Shown here in pieces: positions 27,953-38,517 of a stretch of DNA of 64,000 nucleotides. The DNA is taken from NCBI GenBank assembly GCA_038065555.1, contig JBBTQS010000004.1, positions 65 through 64,064 on the forward strand. The letters run 5' to 3'. The DNA comes from Patescibacteria group bacterium (GTDB lineage Bacteria; Patescibacteriota; Patescibacteriia; Magasanikbacterales; JBBTQS01). The notes below the pieces were generated by a model that made no database searches, was not told where the DNA came from, and was given only the letters and a program-made list of their open reading frames with translations. A program made the position numbers and the translations under genes. Position 1 is the first letter of the stretch. Every line of letters begins with the position of its first letter.

Positions 27953-29056
27953 ATGTCTTATGAATTGTACCGTGCAGTAGCACCGCGCATCGACAACCTG
28001 GAGCAACGATTGCGAGTCGCGCAACTCCTGCTCACCGACGAGGAGCTCGCACAAGTGACCAGCGCGATCATCAACGAAGTCATCGAGGATGCAGTGGAGT
28101 GGTCTCTACCACAAGACCTCTTCACACCCGACATTCGCGAACGATTCGTGCGATCTCTGATCAGGCGCAAACAGATGAGCCTGGCTGCCGCAGCGATCGA
28201 CGAGGTACCGGAGACGCTGCAACGTACGCTCGCCCAAGAGATCTTCAACGGCTTTCTCGAAAAGGGTCTGAAGCCGCCCGAGAAGATCCTTACTCTCCTG
28301 GGCAAGAAGTCACTCACTGTAGATGAGCTCGCAGCGTGTGCGATGCACAGCCTCTGCGACAAGCGCAGTAGCCCTGACCAAAGTCTCATCGAGGAACTCC
28401 CCGACGCTCGTCGTCATGCGGTCTTCCTCGCAATCCTCGAGAAGTTCGAAGACAACCCCAGAGCGTTCCGTCCTGAGTCTGTGCTTCTGGCCCTGCAAGG
28501 CATCCCCGAGCAGAAGGTCCACGATGTTCACGTCGCAGCGCTACTACTGGAGCACAGCGGCGCGACAGACGTCCTCCCGGAGGTGTTCACTCCGTTCGTC
28601 TCCGAGGGGAAGTCCGAATACGAGGAACTGATCCGAGACTGCATGATCCGACAAATCAGTGAGATGGACGAACGTCGGCCCACCCCTGACGAAGCTCGAG
28701 CGTGGCTCGGTCGCGACTTCACTGATGTTGAGCTCTATACCTACACGTTCGGCGCTCTCAGAAATGCCCTACATTGGCGCGATCCTGACGACATCAGCGC
28801 GTCTCTACGTGTGACACAAGACGACCTGATGAGTGCCTTCAAATACCGTACCGAGGACGCCCGTGCTGAGTACATCATCGAGATTGTGGGTCGCGTGATC
28901 GAAGGACGCCAGAGTCCGAGTTTCGAGAACATCAGCATGAGCTTGATCCCTGCACAGCATCGCGCTCGTGCCCTCGTATGCTGGTTCTCAACTACGAATC
29001 GTTCTGGTAAACGCTCGATCAACCAGTTCAGAGACTTGTGTCTCAGCGCGCTGTAG
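27953..29056 (+). CDS. hypothetical protein
   Basis: ~368 aa, helical composition, no domain recognised. Start at MSYELY preferred. Confidence 0.5.
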   Translation: MSYELYRAVAPRIDNLEQRLRVAQLLLTDEELAQVTSAIINEVIEDAVEWSLPQDLFTPDIRERFVRSLIRRKQMSLAAAAIDEVPETLQRTLAQEIFNGFLEKGLKPPEKILTLLGKKSLTVDELAACAMHSLCDKRSSPDQSLIEELPDARRHAVFLAILEKFEDNPRAFRPESVLLALQGIPEQKVHDVHVAALLLEHSGATDVLPEVFTPFVSEGKSEYEELIRDCMIRQISEMDERRPTPDEARAWLGRDFTDVELYTYTFGALRNALHWRDPDDISASLRVTQDDLMSAFKYRTEDARAEYIIEIVGRVIEGRQSPSFENISMSLIPAQHRARALVCWFSTTNRSGKRSINQFRDLCLSAL

Positions 29057-29131
29057 CGCATAGCGGGTACACCGCAGCACACAGCAGAACAAGAACCCCG
29101 GCGCATGTCACATGCCCGAGGTTCTTCATTT

Positions 29132-29449
29132 CTATTTTCTTTTTTTGCGCGGCGGGTCGTTGTCAGCGTCTTCTTCATCCTCATCTCCCCCCTTATCACC
29201 CAGTCCCAAATATTGATTGATGTACTTCGACATGAAGTGCATTCCACCGCTCACGAAATCTAACTTCTCCTGAATGTAGTCGAGTGCCTTTACGATCGCG
29301 TGGACCTTGTCTCGGATTTCGGAGATGACCTCGTTGGCATTCTTCATGGTCATCGCGAAATAGTACAGCGCCCAGCACAAGAAGATAGTGAGCCACACCG
29401 AACAAAATGCGAGAACGATGTAGAGAATGTCTTTGCTGGTATCGAACAT
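29132..29449 (-). CDS. small membrane protein with acidic/basic C-terminal tail
   Basis: N-terminal TM ILYIVLAFCSVWLTIFLCWALYYF, then coiled-coil-like region, ending ...DEDEEDADNDPPRKKRK. Confidence 0.5.
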   Translation of the reverse strand: MFDTSKDILYIVLAFCSVWLTIFLCWALYYFAMTMKNANEVISEIRDKVHAIVKALDYIQEKLDFVSGGMHFMSKYINQYLGLGDKGGDEDEEDADNDPPRKKRK

Positions 29450-29454
29450 AGATT

Positions 29455-29934
29455 CTAGCGCAGTGAAGTAGTGTCATCCATGCCCGGGAGACGTGAATGG
29501 GTTGCGCTATAGAGCGCAGCCACATGATCATGCATTGCTTCCATCTGATCAATATGGAATTCCTCTGCAGCCCAATCTGCGTGAGCTCTCCCAGCCTCTT
29601 CCTGCTTCTGACGCTGATGTGCGGCTGCTTCGTCTACCCACGTCTTGCTTGCAGATTCTCGATGCTCCGAGGCGCGTCGTCCAGCAGTATTTCGAACGAA
29701 ATCCGTTACACGCAATCGTGCGCGTTCTACGGCTTCTTCCTCGTGGCGCTTCGAGCGCGCGGTTCGATCTGCATGCTCAAGTGCACGAATCTTGCCCTCA
29801 ACCTCAGCACCGCCGCCACGAATACTCTTCGACGTATCTGGTGCATCGGCCCGCGTCACCATGTCTTTGCCGCGTGGACCGCGTAGATGCATTTCAGGAT
29901 TGGTTGGAGCAGCTCGTCGTGCCATACAGAACAA
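29455..29934 (-). CDS. hypothetical charged/coiled-coil protein
   Basis: More protein-like than the three overlapping plus-strand ORFs. Co-directional with pheST. Confidence 0.4.
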   Translation of the reverse strand: MFCMARRAAPTNPEMHLRGPRGKDMVTRADAPDTSKSIRGGGAEVEGKIRALEHADRTARSKRHEEEAVERARLRVTDFVRNTAGRRASEHRESASKTWVDEAAAHQRQKQEEAGRAHADWAAEEFHIDQMEAMHDHVAALYSATHSRLPGMDDTTSLR

Positions 29935-29988
29935 AAAATAAAGAAGCTATGGTAGCAGTATACCACAGCCTCTTCGCACGAGAAATAT

Positions 29989-32436
29989 TTATGCACGAAT
30001 CGCCGCATCACATTCACGCGCCAACGCCTCCGTAATACGCGCAAGTGCCGCGTCTACTTCTGCCGACGTCAGTGTACGCGTCACATCCATGAACTCGAGA
30101 TGGAACGCGAGACTCTTGTGGTGCGTCTGCACATGTTCACCACGATACACGTCAAACCCTTCAACGTGCGTGAGCAGTGGATCTGCCTCGCGCATCACAC
30201 GCGTCACATGTTCGTAATGCACATGTTCTGGTACCACCATTGCGAGATCACGCTTTACACTCGGGTAGAGTGACAATGGATGATACTTGGACTGCGCAGT
30301 GATATGTGGCACAAGCGCGGTAATATCAATCTCGAAGAACCCCACACGATCGCGCAATCCCAACCGATCCATATAGCGAGGATGGAGTTCACTCACTTCG
30401 CCAACCACCACATCCCCTACACGGATACTCACACTGCGACCAGGATGCATCCAGTTGGTGAGCTGCTCCGTGCCACGCAGCGTGACATCTACACCCAACG
30501 TCTGGAGAACGTGCACCGCGGCGTCACGTGCTGCAGTGAACGGTACGGAGTCGCCACGCATTGCAACAACGCCAGTAACAAAGACGTGCTGCTGTGGAAG
30601 ATACTCCCCCGAATGTAATCGTGTCTGCTCACCTTGCAACTCTGCTCGGAAATTCTTGCCGATTTCAAACCGCATCACGCGCTCGCTCGAGCGCAACTCC
30701 TGACTCACTTGCACCAACATGTTCGGTAACAACGAACGACGCAAATGCGTCTGCTCACGAGACAACGGATTGGCCACAGCTACATGCGCACTTGGATCCA
30801 AATCCATTTTTTGCAATGTCTCAAGGCTTGTGAATGAATACGTCTGTGTCTCCGTGAATGCGCGACCTAGCGCCAATGCTTCGCGCACGCGCATCATCGC
30901 CTCGCGCTCGCCGTTGCGCGGCGCTGGAGCAATCGACATGCGTGGATACTGCTCCGGAATCTGATCATAGCCATACATGCGTGCGACTTCTTCGATCAAG
31001 TCCTCTTCGATCGAAATGTCCTTCGTCGCACGCCACGATGGAACCACTACAACAAATCCTGTCTTCTTGGTTTTTTTCAGCACGAATCCAAGGGATTGGA
31101 GAATGGATCCCACACGTGCCATAGGAATCTCCACTCCCATACGCTCACGCAAGAACCCCATATGGAGTTCGAGCGGTTTGGTGAGCATTGACTTCTTCCA
31201 CGAACTACCCTCGTCAACAACAGGACTTGCAACCGTGGATCCTGGTACCAACTCGAGAATGAGCTGCACAACGCGTGCAATGGCCCGCGATGGCATGGTT
31301 GGATCCAACGTCTTCTCGAATCGCGCACTCGCGTCAGTACGCAGATCGAGCGCAGTCGCAGCCTTGCGCGTAACGAGCGGATCAAACCACGCAGCTTCAA
31401 TAATAATCTGCGTCGTGTCCTCTACTACCATCGAATCCTTGCACCCCATGATACCAGCAAGTGCGAGAACATGGTTCTTGTCTGCGATCACACCAATACC
31501 TGCTGGCAACGTGCGCTCTACTCCATCGAGTGTGACACATTTCTCATCCACACGACTCTTGCGCACAATAATCCGACTATCCTGAATCGCACGTGCATCA
31601 AATGCGTGCATTGGCTGACCCATTTCGTACATCACGTAATTGGTGCAGTCGACAATGACGTTGATCGGACGCACACCAACAGATTCGAGGCGTCGCGCCA
31701 TCCACTCCGGCGACGGACCAACCTTGATATTGTTCATGGCCACACCGACCCAACGACGGCACACGTCACTTGCTTCGATTTTTGCATGGAGCGCAATCTC
31801 CTTCTTGTTCACTTCTACTTCTGGTGTCTCTGGCACATGCATCTTGCGTCCAAGAATGGCTCCGAGCTCGCGCGCAACACCAATATGTCCCCAACAATCC
31901 GGACGATTCGTGATCGCTTTGTTATCTACTTCAATGAAGGTGTCATTCATGCCAAATGCTTCTGCAAGTGGCGTACCCGCAGGGACCTTCAACGACGAGA
32001 GGTCCATGATTTCCTTCTCCGCCTCCTGACCTGTCGCGCGCCCAATCTCACTTGCAGCACAAATCATTCCTTCGGATTTCACTCCGCGGATCTCCGTGTC
32101 AGTGAGCGTGATGAGCTCGCCCTCACCATGCCACTTCACGCGACTGCCCGAGAGTGCAAGCGCCACGCGCTGACCAACAGCGAGATTCGATCCACCGCAA
32201 ACAATCTGGAGTGTGTTCTCACCAGCATCTACACTACAGACACGCAACTTATCCGCATTCGCATGAGGCTTGACCTCACGAATAATACCGACAACCATAC
32301 GATCAAACATCTCACCCTGCCGCGTAATGCGCTCGATCTCAAAACTATGCAACGTCAGATCACGCTGGATTTGTTCCGGCGTTACCTCCTTGGGAATGTC
32401 GACGTATTCGCGCAACCACGCTAGAGAAATGTGCAT
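29989..32436 (-). CDS. pheT: phenylalanine--tRNA ligase beta subunit
   Basis: MHISLAWLREYVDIP N-terminus; B3/4, B5 and FDX-ACB domain order; 815 aa. Confidence 0.93.
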   Translation of the reverse strand: MHISLAWLREYVDIPKEVTPEQIQRDLTLHSFEIERITRQGEMFDRMVVGIIREVKPHANADKLRVCSVDAGENTLQIVCGGSNLAVGQRVALALSGSRVKWHGEGELITLTDTEIRGVKSEGMICAASEIGRATGQEAEKEIMDLSSLKVPAGTPLAEAFGMNDTFIEVDNKAITNRPDCWGHIGVARELGAILGRKMHVPETPEVEVNKKEIALHAKIEASDVCRRWVGVAMNNIKVGPSPEWMARRLESVGVRPINVIVDCTNYVMYEMGQPMHAFDARAIQDSRIIVRKSRVDEKCVTLDGVERTLPAGIGVIADKNHVLALAGIMGCKDSMVVEDTTQIIIEAAWFDPLVTRKAATALDLRTDASARFEKTLDPTMPSRAIARVVQLILELVPGSTVASPVVDEGSSWKKSMLTKPLELHMGFLRERMGVEIPMARVGSILQSLGFVLKKTKKTGFVVVVPSWRATKDISIEEDLIEEVARMYGYDQIPEQYPRMSIAPAPRNGEREAMMRVREALALGRAFTETQTYSFTSLETLQKMDLDPSAHVAVANPLSREQTHLRRSLLPNMLVQVSQELRSSERVMRFEIGKNFRAELQGEQTRLHSGEYLPQQHVFVTGVVAMRGDSVPFTAARDAAVHVLQTLGVDVTLRGTEQLTNWMHPGRSVSIRVGDVVVGEVSELHPRYMDRLGLRDRVGFFEIDITALVPHITAQSKYHPLSLYPSVKRDLAMVVPEHVHYEHVTRVMREADPLLTHVEGFDVYRGEHVQTHHKSLAFHLEFMDVTRTLTSAEVDAALARITEALARECDAAIRA

Positions 32437-32437
32437 A

Positions 32438-33466
32438 TTAAAACTGCTTCAAAAATCGTTCCTCACCGCTCATGAGTAACCGGATATCTTCAATACCGTA
32501 GCGCATCATCACCAGACGAGTGAGTCCCATACCAAAGGCGATACCACTCCACTGTCGCGGATCAAGTCCTGCTTCTTTGAGAACGCGTGGGTGCACGAGT
32601 CCGCAACCGAGCAATTCAACCCACCCACTTCGCTTGCACACCGCGCAACCACGACCCATACACAACAAACAACTCATATCCATTTCAAATCCCGGTTCTA
32701 CGAACGGGAAATACCCCGGGCGCAACCGCACTTCAATATCTTTGTGGAACAACCCGCGCAACAGAGATTTGATCACGCCGACGAGGTGGCCAATGGTGAG
32801 ACCCTTATCAACAACGAGTGCTTCGAACTGATAGAACGTATGCTCGTGACTTGCATCAGTTGCTTCGTTGCGAAACACGCGTCCAGGATATGCCACGCGC
32901 AATGGCGCGCCATACTGCTGCAACAATCGAACCTGCATGTTAGACACATGCGAGCGCATGCACCAATCAGGATGCCCTTCAATATAGAAGGTATCCTGCG
33001 CATCACGCGCCGGATGCGTCTTCGGAATGTTGAGTGATTCGAATGTGTAGTAATCCGTATCCAACTCTGGTCCATCTACGACCATGAATCCCATACTTGC
33101 CGCAACTTCCTCGAGATCTCGCTGCACGAGCGTATTAGGATGCAAATGCCCAGCTTCGCGCGCAGGGAAAAATGGCTGCGTCGTATCAATGCGCTCGCTC
33201 TCCTTGATCGAATCCCACTGCGCATCTTGTAGCTCACGCTCTCGATGTTCGAGCGCGCGCTCAATCCCAGATTTCACTTCATTGAATGCAATACCTGCAG
33301 CCTTACGCTCTTCCGGCGACAAACTCGCGAGATCCTGCTGTGCTGCTGCGAGCTTGCCTTTGCGACCAAGATACGCGAGGCGCACTGCGGCGATCGCGTC
33401 GAGATTGGCAGCATTGGTGATGTCACGGTGGGCGTCTTTTTGTAATTGCTCGCTATCTTGTTGCAT
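32438..33466 (-). CDS. pheS: phenylalanine--tRNA ligase alpha subunit
   Basis: Class II aaRS motifs, including KTHPARDAQDTFYI and GLGLTRLVMM-type motif 3. Confidence 0.93.
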   Translation of the reverse strand: MQQDSEQLQKDAHRDITNAANLDAIAAVRLAYLGRKGKLAAAQQDLASLSPEERKAAGIAFNEVKSGIERALEHRERELQDAQWDSIKESERIDTTQPFFPAREAGHLHPNTLVQRDLEEVAASMGFMVVDGPELDTDYYTFESLNIPKTHPARDAQDTFYIEGHPDWCMRSHVSNMQVRLLQQYGAPLRVAYPGRVFRNEATDASHEHTFYQFEALVVDKGLTIGHLVGVIKSLLRGLFHKDIEVRLRPGYFPFVEPGFEMDMSCLLCMGRGCAVCKRSGWVELLGCGLVHPRVLKEAGLDPRQWSGIAFGMGLTRLVMMRYGIEDIRLLMSGEERFLKQF

Positions 33467-33475
33467 ACTTTTGCC

Positions 33476-34576
33476 CTAAAAAAGTCGAATAATATCACGA
33501 TACGTTACAAGGGCAATGATGGCAAGGAGGATCAGGAAGCCAATCGCATGCGCCAAATTCTCCGTATTTGCATGCACTTTGCGCCCGCGACGCAGCTTCT
33601 CAATGATGATGAAGAGAATTCGACCACCATCAAGCGCAGGAATTGGCAAAATATTGATGAATGCGAGGCTCACCGAGAGGAATCCCATCAGGTACAAAAG
33701 TGGCACAAATCCCGATCGCGCAATCTCACCAGTGAACACCGCAATTCCCACAGGTCCTGACACGCCGTCAGCTGCTCCTGGTACGCGCGCGATGAGTCCT
33801 GAGATCAAACTCCCGAATCCAAGCACCGTGTCACGCAACGACGTCCACGTATCACGAACACCAATCCATGGAGTGATGTACCACGGGTACGAAATTGTTC
33901 CCACGTCAACAATGACAACACCGATACCGCGAGTCGTTGGTGAAACAGTGTCCAACAGTTCGGGACGCAATGTCACTGTGCGCTGCACACCCTCGTGCTC
34001 CACAATGAGCTGCTGATCCTCACCACTGTGAAATGCGTTTTGCATGGCCGCGACAGTGAGCGACGATGTCGTGATACCATTCACACCACGAATGATATCT
34101 CCTGCAACAATACCAGCTCCTGCCGCAGGCAACCCGTCACGTACACCAAGAACTTGCACGCGCTGATTTTCTACCACAGCATACGATGACAAATCACTCG
34201 GCACCTCACGCTCCATCCCCACACCTGCCACAATCGCAAACAACACAATCGCAACAACCAAATTCATGATGACGCCCGCAGCAATGATGCCCAGACGCCA
34301 CAATGCTGATTTGTGTTGGAAGCTGTGTGGATCAGCATGCGTATCCTCTCCACCTTCACCATGAATACGCACGAATCCGCCAAGCGGCAACAAATTGATG
34401 GTATAGAGCGTGTCTCCCCGCTTCCACCCCCACAACCGCGGAGGGAATCCAAATCCAAATTCATCAACTTTGCACCCCGCACGGCGCGCCATGAAGAAAT
34501 GACCCCACTCATGTGCGAGCACAAGCACCGCAAGCACCGCAACAAAAATCAATATTGTAATCATATCGGTTGACAC
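33476..34576 (-). CDS. rseP: RIP site-2 zinc metalloprotease RseP
   Basis: HEWGHF (HExxH) in TM1, PDZ domain, LDGG motif. Confidence 0.88.
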   Translation of the reverse strand: MSTDMITILIFVAVLAVLVLAHEWGHFFMARRAGCKVDEFGFGFPPRLWGWKRGDTLYTINLLPLGGFVRIHGEGGEDTHADPHSFQHKSALWRLGIIAAGVIMNLVVAIVLFAIVAGVGMEREVPSDLSSYAVVENQRVQVLGVRDGLPAAGAGIVAGDIIRGVNGITTSSLTVAAMQNAFHSGEDQQLIVEHEGVQRTVTLRPELLDTVSPTTRGIGVVIVDVGTISYPWYITPWIGVRDTWTSLRDTVLGFGSLISGLIARVPGAADGVSGPVGIAVFTGEIARSGFVPLLYLMGFLSVSLAFINILPIPALDGGRILFIIIEKLRRGRKVHANTENLAHAIGFLILLAIIALVTYRDIIRLF

Positions 34577-34665
34577 TAGTCATTCCCCATGATACGCTAG
34601 GCCATCGTCATTTGGGAAGTTCCCACATGACGACACACCACTCTTGCGCTGTTGGAGGACAGAGC

Positions 34666-35100
34666 ATGTACGAGATTTCGGACTGGCTGTTGGCCATCGC
34701 AGCGTACGTCTTGCTCGCATACTTCACTATGAGGCCAATCGATCTTAGCGAAGCGTTTCGAGAAAAGCGGCAACAAAACAATGGCCCTGAGCTCAAGGAC
34801 GTCAGACTGACGTGCGAACCCATCGTCAAACAATGCATTCCTGACTCGCATCTTCGACAACACATTCTGTATTCCTGCCTGGAAAGTCTCGTGACAGAAT
34901 ACGAGGTTCCGCCACCGACTGCGTTGCGCAAAGTCCAGGCATACGTGTCAGACTGCGCCCGCACCCCGTGTGTCGTTGGAATGGGTACGCAGTACAGTCT
35001 CACTGTATACATTAATACATGCGAAATCGATGCTGAAATCGGATTGATCACGGAGGACTCGGACCCACTCCACTACGACATCATCATCGTCAACCCCTAA
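34666..35100 (+). CDS. hypothetical protein with one TM helix
   Basis: GGAGG 7 nt before the ATG at 34666. The minus-strand alternatives look non-coding. Confidence 0.45.
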   Translation: MYEISDWLLAIAAYVLLAYFTMRPIDLSEAFREKRQQNNGPELKDVRLTCEPIVKQCIPDSHLRQHILYSCLESLVTEYEVPPPTALRKVQAYVSDCARTPCVVGMGTQYSLTVYINTCEIDAEIGLITEDSDPLHYDIIIVNP

Positions 35101-35137
35101 CGCACAAGCGCCCCGTCACCGGAGCGCTTCGCTGTTT

Positions 35138-36451
35138 TTATTTCTGTTTTTTCACGAGCTCTACGAACCAATCACCACGCTTGAACTCATTGATGCGCGG
35201 GAGCCAGGTGAGACCCGGAGAGAAGAGAACAACATCCCCGTCATGTGCAACAGATGCTGCGTGCGCAACTGCTTCGGGCAAATCAGCAACGTCGACACCC
35301 TTGGGAAGTCCATCGTTGGCATTCCCAGGAACACGAATAATCGTATGCGCCCGCGCACGCATCACACGCGCAAGTGCGGCGAGATCTGAACCCTTGGAAT
35401 TACCACCTGTGATGAGATGTACGCGCGTATCAGGAAATGCAGCGAGCGCCGCCATCGTTGCTTCAGGCGACGTTGCAGTCGAGTCATTGTACCAACGCAC
35501 ACCACGACGCGAGCGAATGAGCTCGAGACGATAGGGCACACCTCGAAATGCGCGAATTGCAGCACGGATATTCTTGTCGCTCACTCCTGCAGCACGCGCT
35601 GCAATTGTCGCTGCCATGACATTGCCAATATTGTGCTGGCCGATCAATCGTGACGCGCTGATTTCGCGTTCGAACGCATGCTGATCACGTTTTGCAGAAT
35701 ACCGATACGTGTGTGCACTGCCCAGAGACTCTTGCGCTCGCACCGTAGCATCGTCAGCATTCACCACCTTCACATCTCCTTCGAGTTGATACCGAAAAAT
35801 ATTTCGCTTGTCATCAATATACGCCTCGAGCGAATCGTACTTGTTGAGATGATCTGGATAGAGTGTTGTCCAGACACTAATATGTGGCGAAGCCTTGAGA
35901 TCCGCAAAATCGTGGAGCATAAAACTCGACAACTCGAGCACCACAGGCGCGTCCGCTCGCAACTTCGTAATGAATGTGAGTGGTGACACGCCAACATTAC
36001 CGCCCATCATTGCTCCAGGGAATTCACGCGCAAGCATCGCATGAATGAGGTGCGTCGTTGTTGTCTTGCCACGCGTTCCTGTGACTCCAATCACCCGCTC
36101 CATCCCCACGAGTTTGAGAAAAAGCGTGACATCATTGTCAACAGGAATTCCTTTCTTGCGCGCCATCGCAATGAATGGACTTGATGCCGGCACATCCGGA
36201 TTGCGCACGACCCAATCTGTGTCCGTGAAATCTCGCGCATCATGACCACCCAACCGCAACGTAATATTCTTGTATTTTGCCAATCGTTTGAGTGGTGCCG
36301 CGAGTGCGACAGCATCCTTCATGTCAGTAATGATGAGGCGCTTCACTCTTGGAGCAAGGAAGAGCGCGGCAGAGATACCACTCCCCTTTGCAAATCCTCC
36401 CAATCCCATCAGCGTGACAGTTTTGCCCGCAAAAATATTTTCTACGCGCAT
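35138..36451 (-). CDS. murD: UDP-N-acetylmuramoyl-L-alanine--D-glutamate ligase
   Basis: N-terminal MGLGGFAKGSG Rossmann loop. Mur ligase P-loop VIGVTGTRGKTTTTHL. Confidence 0.85.
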   Translation of the reverse strand: MRVENIFAGKTVTLMGLGGFAKGSGISAALFLAPRVKRLIITDMKDAVALAAPLKRLAKYKNITLRLGGHDARDFTDTDWVVRNPDVPASSPFIAMARKKGIPVDNDVTLFLKLVGMERVIGVTGTRGKTTTTHLIHAMLAREFPGAMMGGNVGVSPLTFITKLRADAPVVLELSSFMLHDFADLKASPHISVWTTLYPDHLNKYDSLEAYIDDKRNIFRYQLEGDVKVVNADDATVRAQESLGSAHTYRYSAKRDQHAFEREISASRLIGQHNIGNVMAATIAARAAGVSDKNIRAAIRAFRGVPYRLELIRSRRGVRWYNDSTATSPEATMAALAAFPDTRVHLITGGNSKGSDLAALARVMRARAHTIIRVPGNANDGLPKGVDVADLPEAVAHAASVAHDGDVVLFSPGLTWLPRINEFKRGDWFVELVKKQK

Positions 36452-37830
36452 AGATATGGTGTGAGTGCCTGGCGTACTTCTGCGACGGTAGCTGCAACAG
36501 CCTCCTCAGTCTTTCCTTCCACGTTCAATCGCAACAATGGTTCTGTATTACTTCCACGCACATTGAACCACGTCTCTCCAATATCAAATGACACACCATC
36601 GAGTCGTCCCACTTCCGATCGCGGTGCAAAATGCGCAACCATTCCTTCGAGCGCCTCAGCTACGGACGTCACACGGAAATTCACTTCGCCCGAGTGCGTA
36701 TACACGAGATACGGCGCGAAGAGCTCTGACGCTTTCTTGCCTGTGCGCGCCATCTCCGCGAGCACCATGAGCACAATCACCGCTGGCGACTCATACACAC
36801 CGACCGGAAATCGAACGAAGAAATGCCCAGACGACTCGCCTGCAAAAATCGCATCATGCTCCAACATCGTCTGCTTGATGAATGAATGCCCAACTCGGAC
36901 AATCAGCGGCACTCCGCCCATGCGACGCACAACATCCTCAGTAATACGCCCCGGACGAACATCATAAACAATCGTTGCACCCTTGTGTGTGCGCAACAGA
37001 ATCTCTGCGATAAGTGATCGCAATGCAACTGGCGAAACCGTTTTGCCCGTTTCGTCGACCAAGAACACGCGATCAGCATCGCCATCAGTTGCGACGCCCA
37101 GCGCCGCGCCAACTTCTTTCACACGCGCATGGAGTTGCTGGAGATTTTCGTCCTGAAATGGATCTGGCTCGTGCGATGGGAATGATCCATCGAGCGTCCA
37201 GTTGATGCGATCGAGTTCACACTTGTCGAGCGTTGCGAAGAGCGCATCGAGATCAGGCGCGCCAACACAATTTGCAGTATCTGCTACCACCTTCACCGCA
37301 GCATATCGCTCATCCCCAACAAAATCATGTGCAGCAAGAACTGATTCGAGCGCAGCATCTCCCGCGTACATCGTTGCAACACCCACGGTCCCTGACGCAT
37401 CAGGCAACTGACCACTCGCCACAAGATCTCGCAGCGTGTTGATACCAGTATCCGCGCTCACCGGACCTGCATGATCACGAACGAATTTGAGTCCAGAATA
37501 TTCACGAGGATTGTGTGAGGCAGATACCTGAATACCACCATCGAACCCACGTCGCGCAACCACACTATAGAAGGTAGGCGTCGAGACAACACCGAGCTCT
37601 ACCACATGCGCGCCTTGCTCCGTAAGTCCACGCACCACTGCCGCAGCAATCATCGGCGAGGACAATCGCATGTCTTGCCCAACAACAAGCGTGACATCAG
37701 CGCGACCCACTTCACGCTGCCGCATATCTGCGAACCACCGCGCCGTCGCATACGCAAGATCTTCGTTCAATTCCGTTGGATAAATCCCACGTACGTCGTA
37801 CGCCTTATAAATATGAGAAGGAAAAGCCAT
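36442..37830 (-). CDS. glmM: phosphohexomutase (phosphoglucosamine mutase GlmM-like)
   Basis: SASHNP phosphoserine loop, DGDADR metal site. Confidence 0.8.
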   Translation of the reverse strand: MAFPSHIYKAYDVRGIYPTELNEDLAYATARWFADMRQREVGRADVTLVVGQDMRLSSPMIAAAVVRGLTEQGAHVVELGVVSTPTFYSVVARRGFDGGIQVSASHNPREYSGLKFVRDHAGPVSADTGINTLRDLVASGQLPDASGTVGVATMYAGDAALESVLAAHDFVGDERYAAVKVVADTANCVGAPDLDALFATLDKCELDRINWTLDGSFPSHEPDPFQDENLQQLHARVKEVGAALGVATDGDADRVFLVDETGKTVSPVALRSLIAEILLRTHKGATIVYDVRPGRITEDVVRRMGGVPLIVRVGHSFIKQTMLEHDAIFAGESSGHFFVRFPVGVYESPAVIVLMVLAEMARTGKKASELFAPYLVYTHSGEVNFRVTSVAEALEGMVAHFAPRSEVGRLDGVSFDIGETWFNVRGSNTEPLLRLNVEGKTEEAVAATVAEVRQALTPYLCA

Positions 37831-37909
37831 ACATTGACAAAACAGACTGTTAAACCGATACTACCTCTGAGCATACACGCTCGTATTCACTCACACAACT
37901 TCCACCCAT

Positions 37910-38482
37910 ATGGGTACCATCGCCTGGATAATTATCGCTATTGCAGTTGTCATCGTGCTCTGGGTTATTTCTGCATACAACGGACTCGTCACGATCAAGA
38001 ACCGCGTCGAAGAAGCGTGGTCTGACATTGATGTACAGCTCAAGCGTCGCTACGACCTCATTCCTAACTTGATTGAGACCGTGAAGGGCTACGCATCGCA
38101 CGAATCTGGCACGCTCGAAAAAGTAGTCGCAGCGCGTAACTCCGCAATGCAGGCACACAGCGCAAAGGGCGCAACCATGGCAGAGCAGGTACAAGCTGAG
38201 AACATGCTTTCGTCTACATTGAAGAGCATTTTCGCACTCGCCGAAGCATACCCAGACCTCAAGGCGAACACCAACTTCGCGAAGTTGCAAGACGAGCTCG
38301 CAGACACCGAGAACAAGATCCAAGCATCTCGCCGCTTCTACAATGGCAATGTTCGTGATCTCAACACCCGTATCGAAACCTTCCCAAGCAACCTCATTGC
38401 TGGCATGTTCAACTTCGCAAAGCGTGAATTCTTCGAAGTTGCAGATGCAGCACAGCGCGAGAACGTCGCCGTGAAATTCTAA
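37910..38482 (+). CDS. lemA: LemA family protein
   Basis: N-terminal TM plus the conserved LemA helical domain. Confidence 0.85.
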   Translation: MGTIAWIIIAIAVVIVLWVISAYNGLVTIKNRVEEAWSDIDVQLKRRYDLIPNLIETVKGYASHESGTLEKVVAARNSAMQAHSAKGATMAEQVQAENMLSSTLKSIFALAEAYPDLKANTNFAKLQDELADTENKIQASRRFYNGNVRDLNTRIETFPSNLIAGMFNFAKREFFEVADAAQRENVAVKF

Positions 38483-38517
38483 GAGCGCATCTGGCGCTCG
38501 CGTAAACCCGCACGCCC

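Noticed and set aside
29493-30035. 180-aa plus-strand ORF and two nested ones
   Set aside because: Pro/Arg/His-rich. The minus-strand ORF 29455-29934 is more protein-like and co-oriented with the pheST operon, though itself only moderate confidence.
31471-32424. 317-aa plus-strand ORF (and others at 30977-31585)
   Set aside because: Antisense to pheT. His/Arg/Cys-rich junk translation.
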